Of a stretch of 64,000 nucleotides of DNA, positions 1 to 12,835 are shown piece by piece; position 1 is the stretch's first letter, and each line of letters begins with the position of its first letter. The notes under the pieces are model-generated. The model saw only the letters and a list, made by a program, of their open reading frames with translations. It searched no databases and had not been told where the DNA came from. Origin of the DNA: Oculina patagonica (taxonomy: Eukaryota); the NCBI RefSeq assembly GCF_052425735.1, contig NC_135767.1, forward strand, positions 4,154,001-4,218,000. The letters run 5' to 3'. The translations under genes and the position numbers were made by a program.

Positions 1-254
1 TATTTTTAATAGTGATCTATGAATTACATGTATGCCAGAGGTCTAATACTTCATTTTCCTTCTTACTTATAGGTAGCCAATTTTTCAACTAAAATAAAAA
101 ATGGAAAGATTTTCACTCTAGCAGAGAAGATTTCTTTCAGTTACACCTTAGTCTAGCGAGGCGGTTATCAAAATGACAAAATTGTGACATGATCAAAAAT
201 AGACCTTGGGAACAGGACAAGACATTTCTAGAAGGAATAATCAATAAAAATTAC

Positions 255-540
255 CCGTTTTAACGGATGCGTGAATGTAGCCTTTGGTTGCATAAAGTAC
301 CCAATCAAATCCAGCCTCGTTAGCCATTTTGCCCAAATAAGGGTACTTATCCTTATCTCTATCTTCTGTGGTGAGATCAACGGCGCGTCCTTCGTGGTGT
401 AGAGAATGAAGTCCATGATGATGTTTTTGCTTTTTGTCTTTCTCGTAGAAATCCAGATCGTAAGCGTCAATAACTCGTAGCCTCACACCCCATTTTGCCT
501 TTACGTTGGCCGCAAGGATGTCGAGCTTTTCCTTGCAATT
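255..540 (-). CDS. Hh: Hedgehog coding exon 2 (C-terminal half of the HhN signalling domain); the gene continues left of the window
   Basis: Translates [10 protein letters not shown]...LRVIDAYD...[13 protein letters not shown]...[20 protein letters not shown], matching Hh motifs. TTTTGCAG acceptor before 540 and GTAATT donor after 255 (phase 1), at the intron positions known from vertebrate Hh genes. Confidence 0.96.
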
Positions 541-720
541 CTGCAAAACGCGATTTAAAAAGATACTTAATGAGAGGAAAGTATTTGTAACGACGTACCG
601 CGCCTATAATACGTAATTCAAGTGACTTGTAGCAAGTCGCTAACGCCTTTTGAACTGCTCTATATAAAGGTTTTCCGCAGAAGTTTCTAATCCGCACTGG
701 GCTTAGGTTAAAAGGGTCTA

Positions 721-963
721 AAGCAGCCTTCACACGACAAACTTATGGCCAACTCGTGTTGGCAAACTCAAGTTGATGTGTGTGAACGACGCACCAACGG
801 CAAACAAGTTGGCCAACTGTTGGGGACAGATAGAACTTGTCTCTATTTCTCACCAACAGTTTGCCAACTTGTTTGCCAACTGTTGTTGTGTACGTTCACA
901 CATACCAACTCGAGTTTGCCAACATGAGTTTGCTAACTTTAGTTTGTGGTGCGAAGGCCGCTT
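721..963. mobile_element. Palindromic MITE in the Hh intron
   Basis: Ends AAGCAGCCTTCACACGACAAACT and AGTTTGTGGTGCGAAGGCCGCTT are inverted repeats; internal inverted GTTGGCAAAC/GTTTGCCAAC repeats. Confidence 0.8.
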
Positions 964-1480
964 AATACTGTATAGTAAATGTCATTTTCTAGCCACATAT
1001 AGTGACACGCCTCGATAAGCAAACAATACAGAAACATTAACAGGAAACACGCCGCTAAGACGAGTAGTGTTTGTTGTAAAGGAGTAATCACTACTCCACA
1101 AAAACAAATCTGAACAATGCTTAAACCGGTTGTGTTTATTACCCCCATGAAGTGTTAAATTCCCATTAATGCCTGCCATGCATTTTCTGTTAGATGTAGT
1201 TATGGGAATTTAATGGCGTATCACTCTCGAATGTCATGAAGTCTTTGCAAAACGTACGATTGGAGGTGCAATGTTAACCCAATTAGCTCCTAAGATCAGA
1301 CTTAAAATTCTTCAAAGATATAACCATAAATTTATTTCTATGCTATTATTGAGAATTAAGGATTTTATAAACATTAAGCTGGCCCTAGTTGATGAATCCT
1401 TAGTTCTCATCGCCTGCCTGCTTGTCAATGTACCAATATTCTAAGGAGAAAATATGTTTTGATCATATTTCACTGGTTAC

Positions 1481-1813
1481 CTTGGTCATTCGACGGTCAT
1501 CATCATTTTTCTCGTCGTTTCTGAACACAATATCTGGGTTATAGTTTTTTTCCAATTCTTTGTACGCTTTGCTCCCTCTTTTCACAGGTCCAACATATTC
1601 CCCACTTGCCACGATTGAAACTTCGTCCGTATCAGGAATTCTTTGCCTAAACTTCATCGGAGACTTGGGGCGCGTATTTCGAGCAGTAGGTCCGGGGCCA
1701 CAAGCCATAAGGTATCCACAGCCCGATGTAACAATAACGAGGATAAAATAGCATTTGAAAACGCTAAGCAGCGGACCTCGCAAAGACATATGCAGATACG
1801 GGCGGTTTCTCAT
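1481..1813 (-). CDS. Hh: Hedgehog coding exon 1 (signal peptide plus CGPG N-terminus)
   Basis: Hydrophobic segment followed by CGPG..., NYNPDIVF...DRRMTK. GTAACC donor (phase 0) joins in frame to exon 2. The start could alternatively be the second Met (MSLRG). Confidence 0.95.
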
Positions 1814-2193
1814 CTTGTCTGTTAAAATTGTTGAGATGACAACGGATGTTAAGTACTTTGTGATGTTTTTAGAACTGACGGACTTGCCGATTACTCTAAT
1901 AAGGAAAACAAAACAAAGTTAACAAATCTTATTATATCCATCTGCGTAATATTACGTAGCAACGCCAGCCTCGGTGCGTTGTATATATGCAAACAGAAAC
2001 TGTCTTCGCAGTTATAGGAATTTAAGAACAATAACATCACAATAAAACAACGTAATAGACAGAAAGAGATGTTTAAGCACTGAGTTCAAAAGCTACCGAC
2101 CTGTCGACGACAAACGCAGATAGACAAAACACTGCTCGCGCAAATAGCTCTTTGCTGAAGAACAAGGAGTCACTTAACTTACAACAGACTTAC

Positions 2194-2457
2194 CAAAAGT
2201 ATTAAACAAATGCCCCAACATTATAAGACTGATCAGGTAGCTTTTGCATCATGATCAAGTGTTGTAGCCCTCAGGCTTCGTTCTGGCATTGTAGGTCCCC
2301 TGCTGGTAAGGTTTTCTCGTTGGATAAAACAAACTCCACCTTTAGAGTGAACCAGAAAAGAAACCTCAGCTATTTGTGAGTCAATAAGTGAGCGCACTGG
2401 GGTTTCATTAGGGGACAATGGAAGCTGTAAATGAGGACAAAGCTTTGTTGCTTTATA
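2194..2457 (-). promoter_or_regulatory. Probable Hh core promoter and non-coding first exon
   Basis: On the minus strand: TATAAAG at 2457-2451, Inr-like TCATTT near 2432, G|GTAAGT donor at 2194/2193, and a polypyrimidine acceptor (ttttccttattag) before 1895, upstream of the ATG. Confidence 0.45.
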
Positions 2458-4889
2458 ATCACCAGTTTTGTTAATTTGCCGCAATGCACGAATGTTGGTT
2501 TTGTTAAAAGGTTTTCATGTTTAATTAGCAGGAGCCAGTAGTACATTCGTGACTCTAAGAGAAGTAATTAGCGGACTCTGTTGACTCTCAATGGATCAGC
2601 CGTTTATACCTTGTTAATCAGATCGAACTTTAAACTGAATCGAACGTAAACCAGCGACATTCAGAAAAAAGTCCATGTACTTCAGCACCAGCCCGGATCA
2701 AAACCACTCAAAGCTTGACAAGTTTTTGAGGGTGGAATTTAATCAAATTATCAGCAATTAGACAAACCCAGACAAAATTTTCTTTTGGTACTTCTCGTTA
2801 AGCGGATTTTGCAAAGATAAGGGGCGGGTGCGTGGATTTAAATGGAACACAAATTTCAACATTTCGTTTCTAATCCTACAAACGTGACTCGCATCTGATA
2901 AGAGTCATCCGCTTAGAGATTATAATATATTTTCCACCGATAAAAAACGGGATAAAATGTTTCGAAACAGCAGTGAAAACGTCTTAAATGCTTAATTTAA
3001 AAAACGGCTAAAAAGAATAAGCGTTTAAATCTCCAGCTTCCAAGCTTAAACTAAACATTTAACTTCGCTTTGGTAAAATATGTTGAGCGTAAGCATTATA
3101 GTATTATAGTCAAAACAAATAAAATACAGATGAAAAGCTTCAAATTTTCGAGGAGAGTAAATCCGTTGGTTATATGCAAGGTCAGTTACAATGTAGGCTT
3201 GGGTTTGTGGATAAAATTACAGATAAGTTCATAAAGAATCATAATTAAAAACTTTACCAGAAGTTTCCTTTTCTTTGTTGCCGTGGCGGAACAGTTACTG
3301 AGCCTTAATTCCTGTCGCGTTCAAGTTATTTTTACGTATTTAAATGGTTACTGGACTGATAAAAATAGCACTCACTCTGTTGCATATCAATCTATTTTTA
3401 AATCCCGAGCTTAAATGCCCCCATCTCCCTCAAGGCATTTTGGTATTGTGAGATCTCGCAATGGCTAGCAAAAAAATGCAATGGCATTATTGCGAGAAAT
3501 CAAATGCTTCTTTCTCAACTCGGTCAACCTTAGGTTTTCAAATCCAGTTTGGTAGAAAATACGGAAACTTTTTGTACAGAATAAACTTTATCAAGGCCGG
3601 GGCTATCTGTGATCAAATCTTTTCACCGGAAAAATTCAATTGTAACACTTCAAAAATAATATCCCCCCAGAAAGCCCTTTATTTCTCACGTGTTGGTTTC
3701 ATTAAATAACTGAAAGAGTAATGTCCAATCCGAAACTATTTATCAAATCCGCAGATATATATCAAATCCGAAGCTATATTATAAATCCGTAAATTTTTTT
3801 TTTTTTATCCACGCATTTTTGAGATTGTGCGAGAAGAGACTGGGTACAAGGGTTCATTCAACATGGCGGAAGGTCATGTATGTTGAAGGTGTATGGAAGA
3901 AATACCCTGGATAGTCTTTTAAGAACATAAAGCCTGTTACAGCCAAATCTGTGCTCGCTTCAATTAAATCTCGTTAAAATTGCAAGAACATCCAATCTAT
4001 ACAAAAATGTAGGTACAGAAACGACTCTTATAAGCCCTAAAAACAATTTTCAGGATTTTGTCCCTGAATTAAAAGTTATCCTCGTTTTCTAGTTGTTTAT
4101 TTCCGGATTAGGAACCTGCGCATTTGATGAATATATTATAAGATTGGTTCCGTCTGTTCGCGGAAGGAAAACGAGAAAAAAATGTAACACTGACTTGCAA
4201 AATTGTGAAACAAGCTTTTGCTTAATCAACTAAAAGAAGACTGCTAGATGAAATAGATTTGCCTGGATTGTAAATTGCATTTCAAACTGATGGAAAAAAT
4301 GATCGGAATTAACAACCTTTGGAATTAACTATATGGATTTCAACAGAACAATTTAGGATTTTAGATTTCTGTGTCAGTGATGAACGACTTTTTTGGATTT
4401 GTAAAAGATGCTTCCGGATCTCAGAAATATTTTAGAATTATCCTTTCTCAGCTTCCATGGGATAACCTATGCTTAACCTGATAATTCAACAAACTTTTCA
4501 TTTCAATCCTCTTTTGATACACTAGAGATATAATCTGACTTCTAAACCACAAATTATGATATAATACATATAATATATATTACCTAAGGGTCACATCAAC
4601 AAATGCAACCCTAGTCGGCCACGAACCTATTTTGGCGAAAATATTTTTTCGTTTCAGCGAGCTAGCAACACGCCAAGGGCTTGAAAAATTCTGCTTACTT
4701 GAAAAATTATGACGTAAACGTTATGACTATATTTTTATTTTCAGGATTTTGTTATTTGCTCTCTGAGTGCAATTGAGTTTTTATTTATAGTGTAGCGATG
4801 TTAGGTTGCTTATTATAGCAATTTATATTGGCACGAGATACGTTCGTTCAGACGTACACACATTGTTCGACATTGTTGTGACTGCGTTT

Positions 4890-5029
4890 TATTCAAATGA
4901 ATATTGAGCAGTACTCTAATGTTCTGTTTGTTATGCTGTACTACACGACGGTTCTAACTTTTAGGTCTGTGGGTGAAACTGGTGTAAGACTATTAAATAA
5001 TTATTTTGTTTTTTTTTTTTTTTTTTTGT

Positions 5030-5095
<66 letters not shown>

Positions 5096-5290
5096 CTAGT
5101 GTGTGACCATTCAAATGAAAGCTATTGAGCAATACTTTCATGTGGTACTGTTTATTATGCTGTACAAGTTGGTTCTAACTTACACGTCTGTGGATGAAAC
5201 TCTAATGTGTGACCATTCAAATAAAATCCATTGAGCAGTACTTTCATGCAGTACTGTTTGTTATGCTATAATTAACTTAGTTCTAAATTA
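4890..5290 (+). repeat. ~106-bp dispersed tandem repeat family (tgtgtgaccattcaaatgaaagctattgagcagtactttcatgtggtactg...), interrupted by a ~90-nt poly-T tract
   Basis: Unit starts at 5100 and 5206; the same family recurs at six loci in the window. Confidence 0.85.
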
Positions 5291-6428
5291 AAGCAGCTAG
5301 GCGGCGCCTTCATGTTTGTTTTTCAATACTGTCCTAAAATGAATTTCGGGTTCTTTTTTTTTTAAATTTTGATCTTGACCAAACTTTTCGAGGAGTGAAA
5401 GCTCATTTTAGTTTTTTTCCGCATAGCATGCATCCTTATATAAATATTGAATCATTACGTAAAGTGTACTTGTAGAGATAATTGTATTTCACACAGCTAC
5501 GGTGCATGCGATAATGGAGTGATCTATTTACGGTACAATTACCAAGTTGAACGAGTAAAAATAACATGAAAACTTAATCCACTACAATGCTTTTTTGCCT
5601 TTTCTTATTTTCTATCCCATTTGGAACGGAACTTGATCTGTGAACGCATCTGTCGTGACGTTTTTGTCTTCAATGATCATTCAAAAGTGGAAAACACACA
5701 AATATCATAAGAGAAGGGTCATTAACTGGCTAGATACCCTCAAGAAGATTTGAGTACACCTACTTTGAACGAATTTCTGCCTTGTTGGCAATGAAGCTGC
5801 TGGATGATTTGTGACCACGAACTAAGCCCTTGTCCACACAACCTGGCAAACTGCACTGCTATGAACTTTGTCCCAAATCACGACGCACCCCCAAGTATAA
5901 GAGCCCGGAATCTGATACGTTTTAAGCCACATAACAAACAGTTCCTTAAAAGGCTTCAAGCCGACACGCGAAAAACACATTACTCCTGATTATATTAGAT
6001 GGGCCGTCGCAATAAGTTTAGCAGTTAAAGACCTTTAATTACTGCTAATCGTGCTTCTGACGCGAAAACTATGCAAAGTACAAAAATAGTAAAATGAGTT
6101 ATTGAAAACTTTGTTTGGAGTGGGCCTTACGTCACAGTTTATATGTATTTATAGCTTTCCTTGATAACGAGCTGCCTTGTCTCTCTATATAAATGGCTTC
6201 CATATCTAAATGGTTTTAGAGGATTATAGTCACATCAAAGTGTTGAACAATAGACAGACCCAATTAAATATGCGCCATATTTTTAAAGTTCTAAAACAAC
6301 TTTAAGAAATGACCTGACTACAATATATGATGCACTTCAACGTCCAGACGAATGTTTCGAGACATCGATCGATTTTTTATGTCTAATTATTTTGTCTATG
6401 TTACATAAAAGCACCTAAAATATTAATA

Positions 6429-6830
6429 TTAAAGAGGAATTGTCACGTACGGATTTTACAAGATTTTTTAACAGCCAAAATTTATATTTGTGTCGCATGA
6501 AACCTAAAAGTAATTGTCCATTTTTATTAAAAATTGCTATATTAGAGCAGTGAAACTGTAAACGAGCGTCTTTGGATGCTAATGGCTCGGATGAAAATGG
6601 ATTGCAACTTGAAAAAGTAAAGCTTAACCATTCAAGTTGTTGCCGCGTGTCTTATAAAAAATCGATATTTTAAGCCGTAGCTTGATTTCTATCTGCAAAT
6701 TAAGGCCATATCTTCCTTAAGATGTTCAAAGATAATTTTTTTCATGGGTTACGTAGTTGCCTACCGCTAATTTCATAAACAGTTTAGACCAAAAATATGC
6801 GAAATCCTCATGACGCTTACCTCGTTTTAA
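6429..6830. mobile_element. Degenerate TTAA-flanked non-autonomous DNA element
   Basis: TTAA-AGAGGAATTGTCACG at the left end and an imperfect inverted copy ending TTAA at the right; shares internal sequence (ggat..aaatggattgc..acttgaaaaa) with 11435-11822. Confidence 0.4.
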
Positions 6831-7884
6831 CTAGTAAGACGCGATGGTGCGACAGCTCTTGAAGAATTCCGCAGAAGCGATTTCTCTTGCCTTATCATTT
6901 CTCTCATAATGTGAAAGATTGGTTTTCTTGCTTTGGCAACTCGGAATAGCCCGTTAAGCATGATGAAAAATAGAACTCAATATATACAGGACTATATAAT
7001 GTACTCATCGCCCTTCTTAAGAGCCACCAATTGAGTGCTCTTGTACCACAAAGATAAAGGAAAACCACAAACCACAAGAACGAAGTTAATGACAGGAAGC
7101 TATCGTTTGGAAAAGGCCGCGCACGACAGGAAGAAACTGTCGATAACACTTAGACGGAAATCGTCCGTAAAGAATTACTACTGAAAAGTAATCGCAATTT
7201 TCAGGCGAGGATCCACACCGGTTTCCACCGTTTTACGGAAAACGCCTGATTTTGGCAAGATTATCAAATATTTGAAAAATCACCTCATAACTGATAGTTT
7301 TTGGTTGGCGTGCCCTGTCTGTTGCTGGTCCTGCTTTGATGTTGTGACGCAGTTTTGTTGTCAAACTTCGAAGGAAAACAGGAAGGCGTATTCTGCATAA
7401 AATGTGATCAAAAATTATGGCCTTCGATATAGCCTTTCTCTTTGATAGGCATTAGCCAAATAAACTTCCCTACAATCTAGAGAACTATCAAAGTATCTAA
7501 TTGAATAGAAAAGCAGGTTCAAATAAGCTTACCTTAAGGACGCAAAATTAAGACTGGTGCAGTTATACGGTCGGGTGGAACATGAAAAAATGTGACCCCC
7601 TGGATAAACAACTCTAAATTTAGTGAGTTGAACATGTTCCAACTTTTTCAATATTCAACCCGTAATTATAACCTTGTAGTAATACTAGATTTGACCTTCT
7701 AGCGTAGTGTCTTGAAAACGTCTCTGTTTACTCGCCATTTAACTTGTTTACTAGCAAATTCCAACCTAAAATCAATGAATGTTAGTGATTGTCACTGTCG
7801 ATTGTGGAATGTGACTTCATTGACAGATGTCCGCGTGATGAGACCCTGTGGTGACCACTGAAGAACGTCAGGGCATAGTTGTGT

Positions 7885-8250
7885 ATAAAACCCAAATGTG
7901 TGACCATTCAAACGAAAGCTGTTGAGCAGTACTTCCATGTGGTACTGTTTATTATGTTGCACAAGGTGGTTCTAACTTTTAAGTCTGCGAATTTAACTTA
8001 AATGTGTGACCATTTAAGTGAACGCATTGAGCAGTTCTTCTTTGTGTCTAGCTTTTAAGTCTGTGTATAAAACCCAAATGTGTGACCATTCAAACGAAAG
8101 CTGTTGAGCAGTACTTTCATGTGGTACTGTTTATCATGCTGAACAAGGTGGTTCTAACTTTTATCTAATAAGTCTGTGAAGTTTAGCGACCTCAATGTGT
8201 GATCATTCAAAAAAGCTGTCGAGAGATACCTTCATGTGGTTCTATTTGTT
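7885..8250 (+). repeat. ~106-bp repeat family, 3-4 units
   Basis: tgtgtgaccattcaaacgaaagctgttgagcagtac-type unit starts at 7897, 8003 and 8079. Confidence 0.85.
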
Positions 8251-8600
8251 TTTCAACATTTTGCACTGAAGTTACAATGTGACATGTTTTTCAGCTTATA
8301 AGTTAGCCCCAAGTGTTAAACGGAGTTAGATTGTAACTATTTCACATGACTTCTCTAGAAGATTTGTTCTCTCCTGATCCTAACTCTAGCAACACACTAA
8401 TAATTTCCGTCTTATTCTTCATTCCACTTGAGTGGAGTTTTAGGCTTAGCGTGACAAGAATGGACTGGAATTATTTTTTTTGCTGATATTGGGTCATGTC
8501 TAGGGGGATATGCACTTATCTAGGTATTTTTTTTAGCCTTGAAAAAAAAAAAAAACAAGACAAATATAAACGGTCTATGTATAAGAGCACGTCATCGATG

Positions 8601-8775
8601 TACAGCCAACTCTCTCTTAACAGACACCTCTATAAGACGGACACCTCTTTAAGACGGACACCTGGTGTTGGTCCCGTTCTAGCCGTTGTTCAGTCATTTT
8701 ACTGTAACTAAACTCCCTATAAGACGAACACCTCTCTAAAACGGACAGTTGGAGCCGGTCCAGACAGTGTCTTCG
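8601..8775. mobile_element. Tc1/pogo (Tigger-like) MITE fragment
   Basis: TA-CAGCCAACTCTCTC terminus followed by repeated taagacggacacct subterminal motifs. Confidence 0.55.
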
Positions 8776-8794
8776 TCAACCAGTCCCCTTTCAT

Positions 8795-8995
8795 GATATT
8801 TCACGACGGTTGCACGAGTTTTCCCGACGACTACACAACTTTCCACGATGTTTTACGACGGTAACAAGAAGTTCTACGATACACTACGACAGTTGCACGA
8901 TGTTTCACGACGGTAACAAGAAGTTCTACGATGTACTTCGACAGTTGCACGATGTTTCACGACGGTTACACGACGTTCCAACGACATTATGACAG
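8795..8995. repeat. 21-bp minisatellite (cacgatgtttcacgacggttg), about 9 degenerate units
   Basis: Direct periodicity is visible in the sequence. Confidence 0.75.
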
Positions 8996-11434
8996 TTTAA
9001 TATGGTCAACAAACAGTTAACCCTAAACGTTAAGGACAATGTACATGAATTTAGTGTCTGGTTGAAATCAATCCGCTTATCAGAAATTAAAAACAAGCAT
9101 AAAAAATAGAACTATTAATTGTTTTTTTTTTCGTGGATGCACGCGACCATTTCTTCGGCCTGATGTTGGTCGTTTTGAACTGATAACTGCACTGTTAAAA
9201 TTCAATTAGCCGCAATCCGTTAATTGAGTGTTTCCGAATGAGCATTTAAAGGCTGCTTTTGCGGCCACGAGAGTGGAGAACATGGATTGAGTTTGCTACT
9301 TTCTGCTACAAAGGTCTCAAAGTGACAATGTGCTGGAATTTTTTTACGTGATTTTGTTATCTCAGTATTTGGTTTGCGTGCAAAAATGGTAGAAAGCTAT
9401 TTTAATTAGTTGGAAAATTCCTTCTCCAAACTTCGGATCTTAATTGAGTTAGTTCCTTAGCTAAAAGTTAGTCTGCACCAGCCAAAAGACACGTTTACAT
9501 TAGAATTAAAGCCTAAAACTAATAGTCTAGCTAGTTTTGTTATAAAACTGCTATACTAGTATAGGCAAAGGTGACCAACAGGCTTGTGTGTGCCTCTCTG
9601 TCTATGTTCAATATGTTTGTATTTTGGGGTGTGAAAAAAATCTAACTCCCTAATACTGTATCACTATTTTTCTTGCAACATTTCATTAATTTTCTGTGAT
9701 TATAAATTTGCGTCGTCTGGTCTAGATTAGCCCTTAAGGCTTATTTTCAGGTTTTCTTTATATCTTAATTTTTCTTTCAGTTTACTGTCGGTAACAAATT
9801 AAATCAAAAGTTAGTCTTATCATTGTAGTTGTTGTGGTAAATAGCAAAGGCAAAGCACAATCGCTCAATCAGACTGCAATTATGACATTGTGGCATGTCT
9901 TATAAACAACAAGAAAAGCTGGTGGTGGCAAGGCTTACGCCGTAACGATCATTTTTGCCAAAATTGTTCAAGTTTGTAGCTAAGTAGTCCCTCCACATTT
10001 TCCCTTTAATTTTGTCAATATTTGTTCCTTTCTGGCTTGTGAATACGCCCTTGGTGTTTTTCTAACTTACAGTTTTATTATTTTGAGGTTCCCTTCAATT
10101 TGAAGGAGAAGTTGAAAAGCACAAAAATGACTTAGTAAATCTTGACTTGAAGATGCTTCCAATTATGAAACTGCTTCTGTGCAAAGCACACAATGACACA
10201 AATTTCATTTAAAGTTGATACTGACTAATATAAATTGCTGAGTAGCACCATGAAGCAAACTTTGAGAAATCTTAGGAAACAGAAAAAAAGGAAAATCTCA
10301 TTTACCCTTCTTCGATCTAATCCAGTTTCAAAACTCCGTCTAGAATGGGATGCTGATAATCGCAGGAAGCTCACAAACGTCTAGCTAACCAGGTTGTGAT
10401 GTCCCAACTAAAATATTCACCAATACCCATTTGTGTGCGTGTAGATATGCACTGTGAAAGTAAAGCGTCTTGCTTATAATAACACTTGCAAGATTGAACA
10501 AGTAAAAAGCTTAAACCTTTGACCTACACGTGTGTATGACAAGCTCGTATTAACACTGGATATACCTCGTCAAATTTGGCAGTTCTCGTTGTGTTTGTCA
10601 TCGAAATATTTCGACAGTACACAGTTCTATTACATGTGACACAAGTGAAACTCTTACACGATTCGAGAAAAAAAATTGCGAGTGGCTAAAAAGGAATTTT
10701 AAGCTAACATTATAATTAAAAGCTCATGGTCTAATATATATGGTAGTGCCAACTTTCGTTAACTCTTTGACTCTAAGATTTGATTCTTACGTAAATTGAA
10801 GTGGGCCTAGCGTGCGTTGAACCGGCTCAACGAGTGTTGCCGAAACTCTTGGGTGTGACAATCTAAACGAATGCTTTAGAGCATATCTTTCATGTGGTGC
10901 TATTTGCTTCTCAAAAGATTCGAAAAAATGAAATTAAGCTTACATATTTTGGGGGGGTGGGTGGGGGGGGGGGGGGGGGGGACTGGGCGGTGTCAACAGC
11001 TGTGTGCAAAACGTGGCTACTTTATCAAGTAGTCAGAGTTGTATCTTGTTTGCAAAACGTTCTCGTTTCATTTTCAAGGCACGTGCATGTTTCCTTTCTT
11101 ATATCCCACTTTAAAACGACTTAGCACTTTGGATTCATTCCTAAAACCTGCACGTGCACGTGCATTTTAAAAATACACGCAAATCAGCGATTTTAAAAAT
11201 CCTGGCCTAATCGGTTAGCCTACTGACAAAATGTTTGCAAATGGGCTTGGATGTTCATGTTCGCAGCCAAAATGAGAAACCCCCCGGGGAGTCTGCTAAA
11301 AAGAGCCGGAGGGGGCTTATCCCCTCCTACGCTCTGCATGCAAAAAGAAACTCTCTGATGTCAACATGGAAATTCTTCATCTAGTTTCCTAACATTTCCT
11401 ATGTTACTAGATGGGAGAATTTGTTCGTAAGTTG

Positions 11435-11822
11435 AAGGGGCTATGTCATGCAATTTTGGGCAATTTCGGTACTGACCAACTGGTCATAGAATTAACTGAA
11501 ATATCACAATAACGGCTTAAAACTGTAGAATAACTCAAAAGAAACTCATAGAGGCCCAAAAGGGGCAGGGATGGGAAAATTCGAGAAGATTAAAATGGAT
11601 TGCGTTCGGGTAAACTTAAAAAAAAAGCGTCGGCCCGACTTCTTTCAAGTGTATCTCAATTTGTATGAAAGTGTCATTTACAATACTCAAAAGTGATCAC
11701 TTGTTTGTTATGTGGCCGTGATTTTGCCTATAAATAACTTTTGCTCTGCCAATTTGAAGTTTACAGCTCTTAATTATCGAAAATAAATAGAATTACCTAA
11801 AATACCGTGACCTAGCCCTTAA
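11435..11822. mobile_element. Non-autonomous DNA element with AGGGGCTA(T/G)GTCA(T/C)G TIRs (Kolobok-like TTAA context)
   Basis: Left gaaggggctatgtcatg and right cgtgacctagcccttaa are inverted repeats. Confidence 0.55.
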
Positions 11823-12339
11823 TTTTACCACAATTTCCACTTCATTATTTTATTTAACCCACAATTTTTTTTTTTTTTTTTGACGACAAATCACCTCCAC
11901 GATATCTAACCAAATATTAAAAAAAAAAAAAATAATCTTCTCTTATGTAAAAAAAATTTTTTTTATTTTATTATTTTAATCTGATGTTAATTTATTTTTG
12001 TTTGCATTAATCCTTTAGAGTGCCATAGTGAAGAAATTAATATCAGTTTATGTTTTGACGAAAAACTTAAATCCACGATTACCAACTAAAAATAAGAACA
12101 CAAACGAACAATCATCTCAAAAATTAAAAAACTATTATTATTTTAATAATCTGATGTTATTTTTTGCTTCCAATAACCGTTTAGCTGCACAGAGTGCCAG
12201 TAAAAAAGTTTTAATATCAGCCACATTTTTCAAAGTTTCACTTAAAAAATTTGCTACGGATATCACACACGAAATCCTGATCGATTGAATGAACTGGGGC
12301 TACAGACACTTTGCGCAGCATAATAAGCACTGCTTGTTT

Positions 12340-12835
12340 AACATATAATAAGCAATACCACATGAAAGTAATTTGAAGAGTCACACCCTGCACACTAGGG
12401 TATCACTGACAGGCTTAAAAGTTAGATCCATCAAAGTGTACCGATTGCAATTAGTACTCAAACGCTTTCATTTGAATGGACACAGACTAGGGTGCGGCCT
12501 TATCCACAGACTTAAAAATCAGAACCACCTTATGCAGCAAATAAACAGTACCACATGAAAGTACTGCCGAATAGCTTTCATTTGAATGGTTACACACTAG
12601 GGTGTCATCCACAGACTTAAAAGTTAGAACCACCATGCACAGCGTAATAAAAAGTATCGACATGAAAGTACTGTTTAAGGCAATGGAATTCATTTAAATG
12701 GTCACACACTTGCGTTTCATCCGTAGACTTAAAACCTTAGCCGCAGCCTCGGGACCGCAGCTAAATAAACAGTACATGTACTAAAAAATATTGCTCAATA
12801 GCTTTCATTTGATGGTTTAATGGCCATACGCTAGA
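12340..12835 (-). repeat. ~106-bp repeat family in reverse orientation, 4-5 units
   Basis: Reverse complement of the unit (agctttcatttgaatggtcacacactagg; cacagacttaaaagttagaaccacc) is repeated. Confidence 0.85.

Noticed and set aside
255-1813. Hedgling rather than Hedgehog
   Set aside because: A signal peptide followed directly by CGPG and Hh-type intron positions favour true Hh, though the Hint exon is outside the window.
4897-5106. Poly-Phe ORF
   Set aside because: Translation of a poly-T tract inside a repeat; the tract length may itself be a sequencing artefact.
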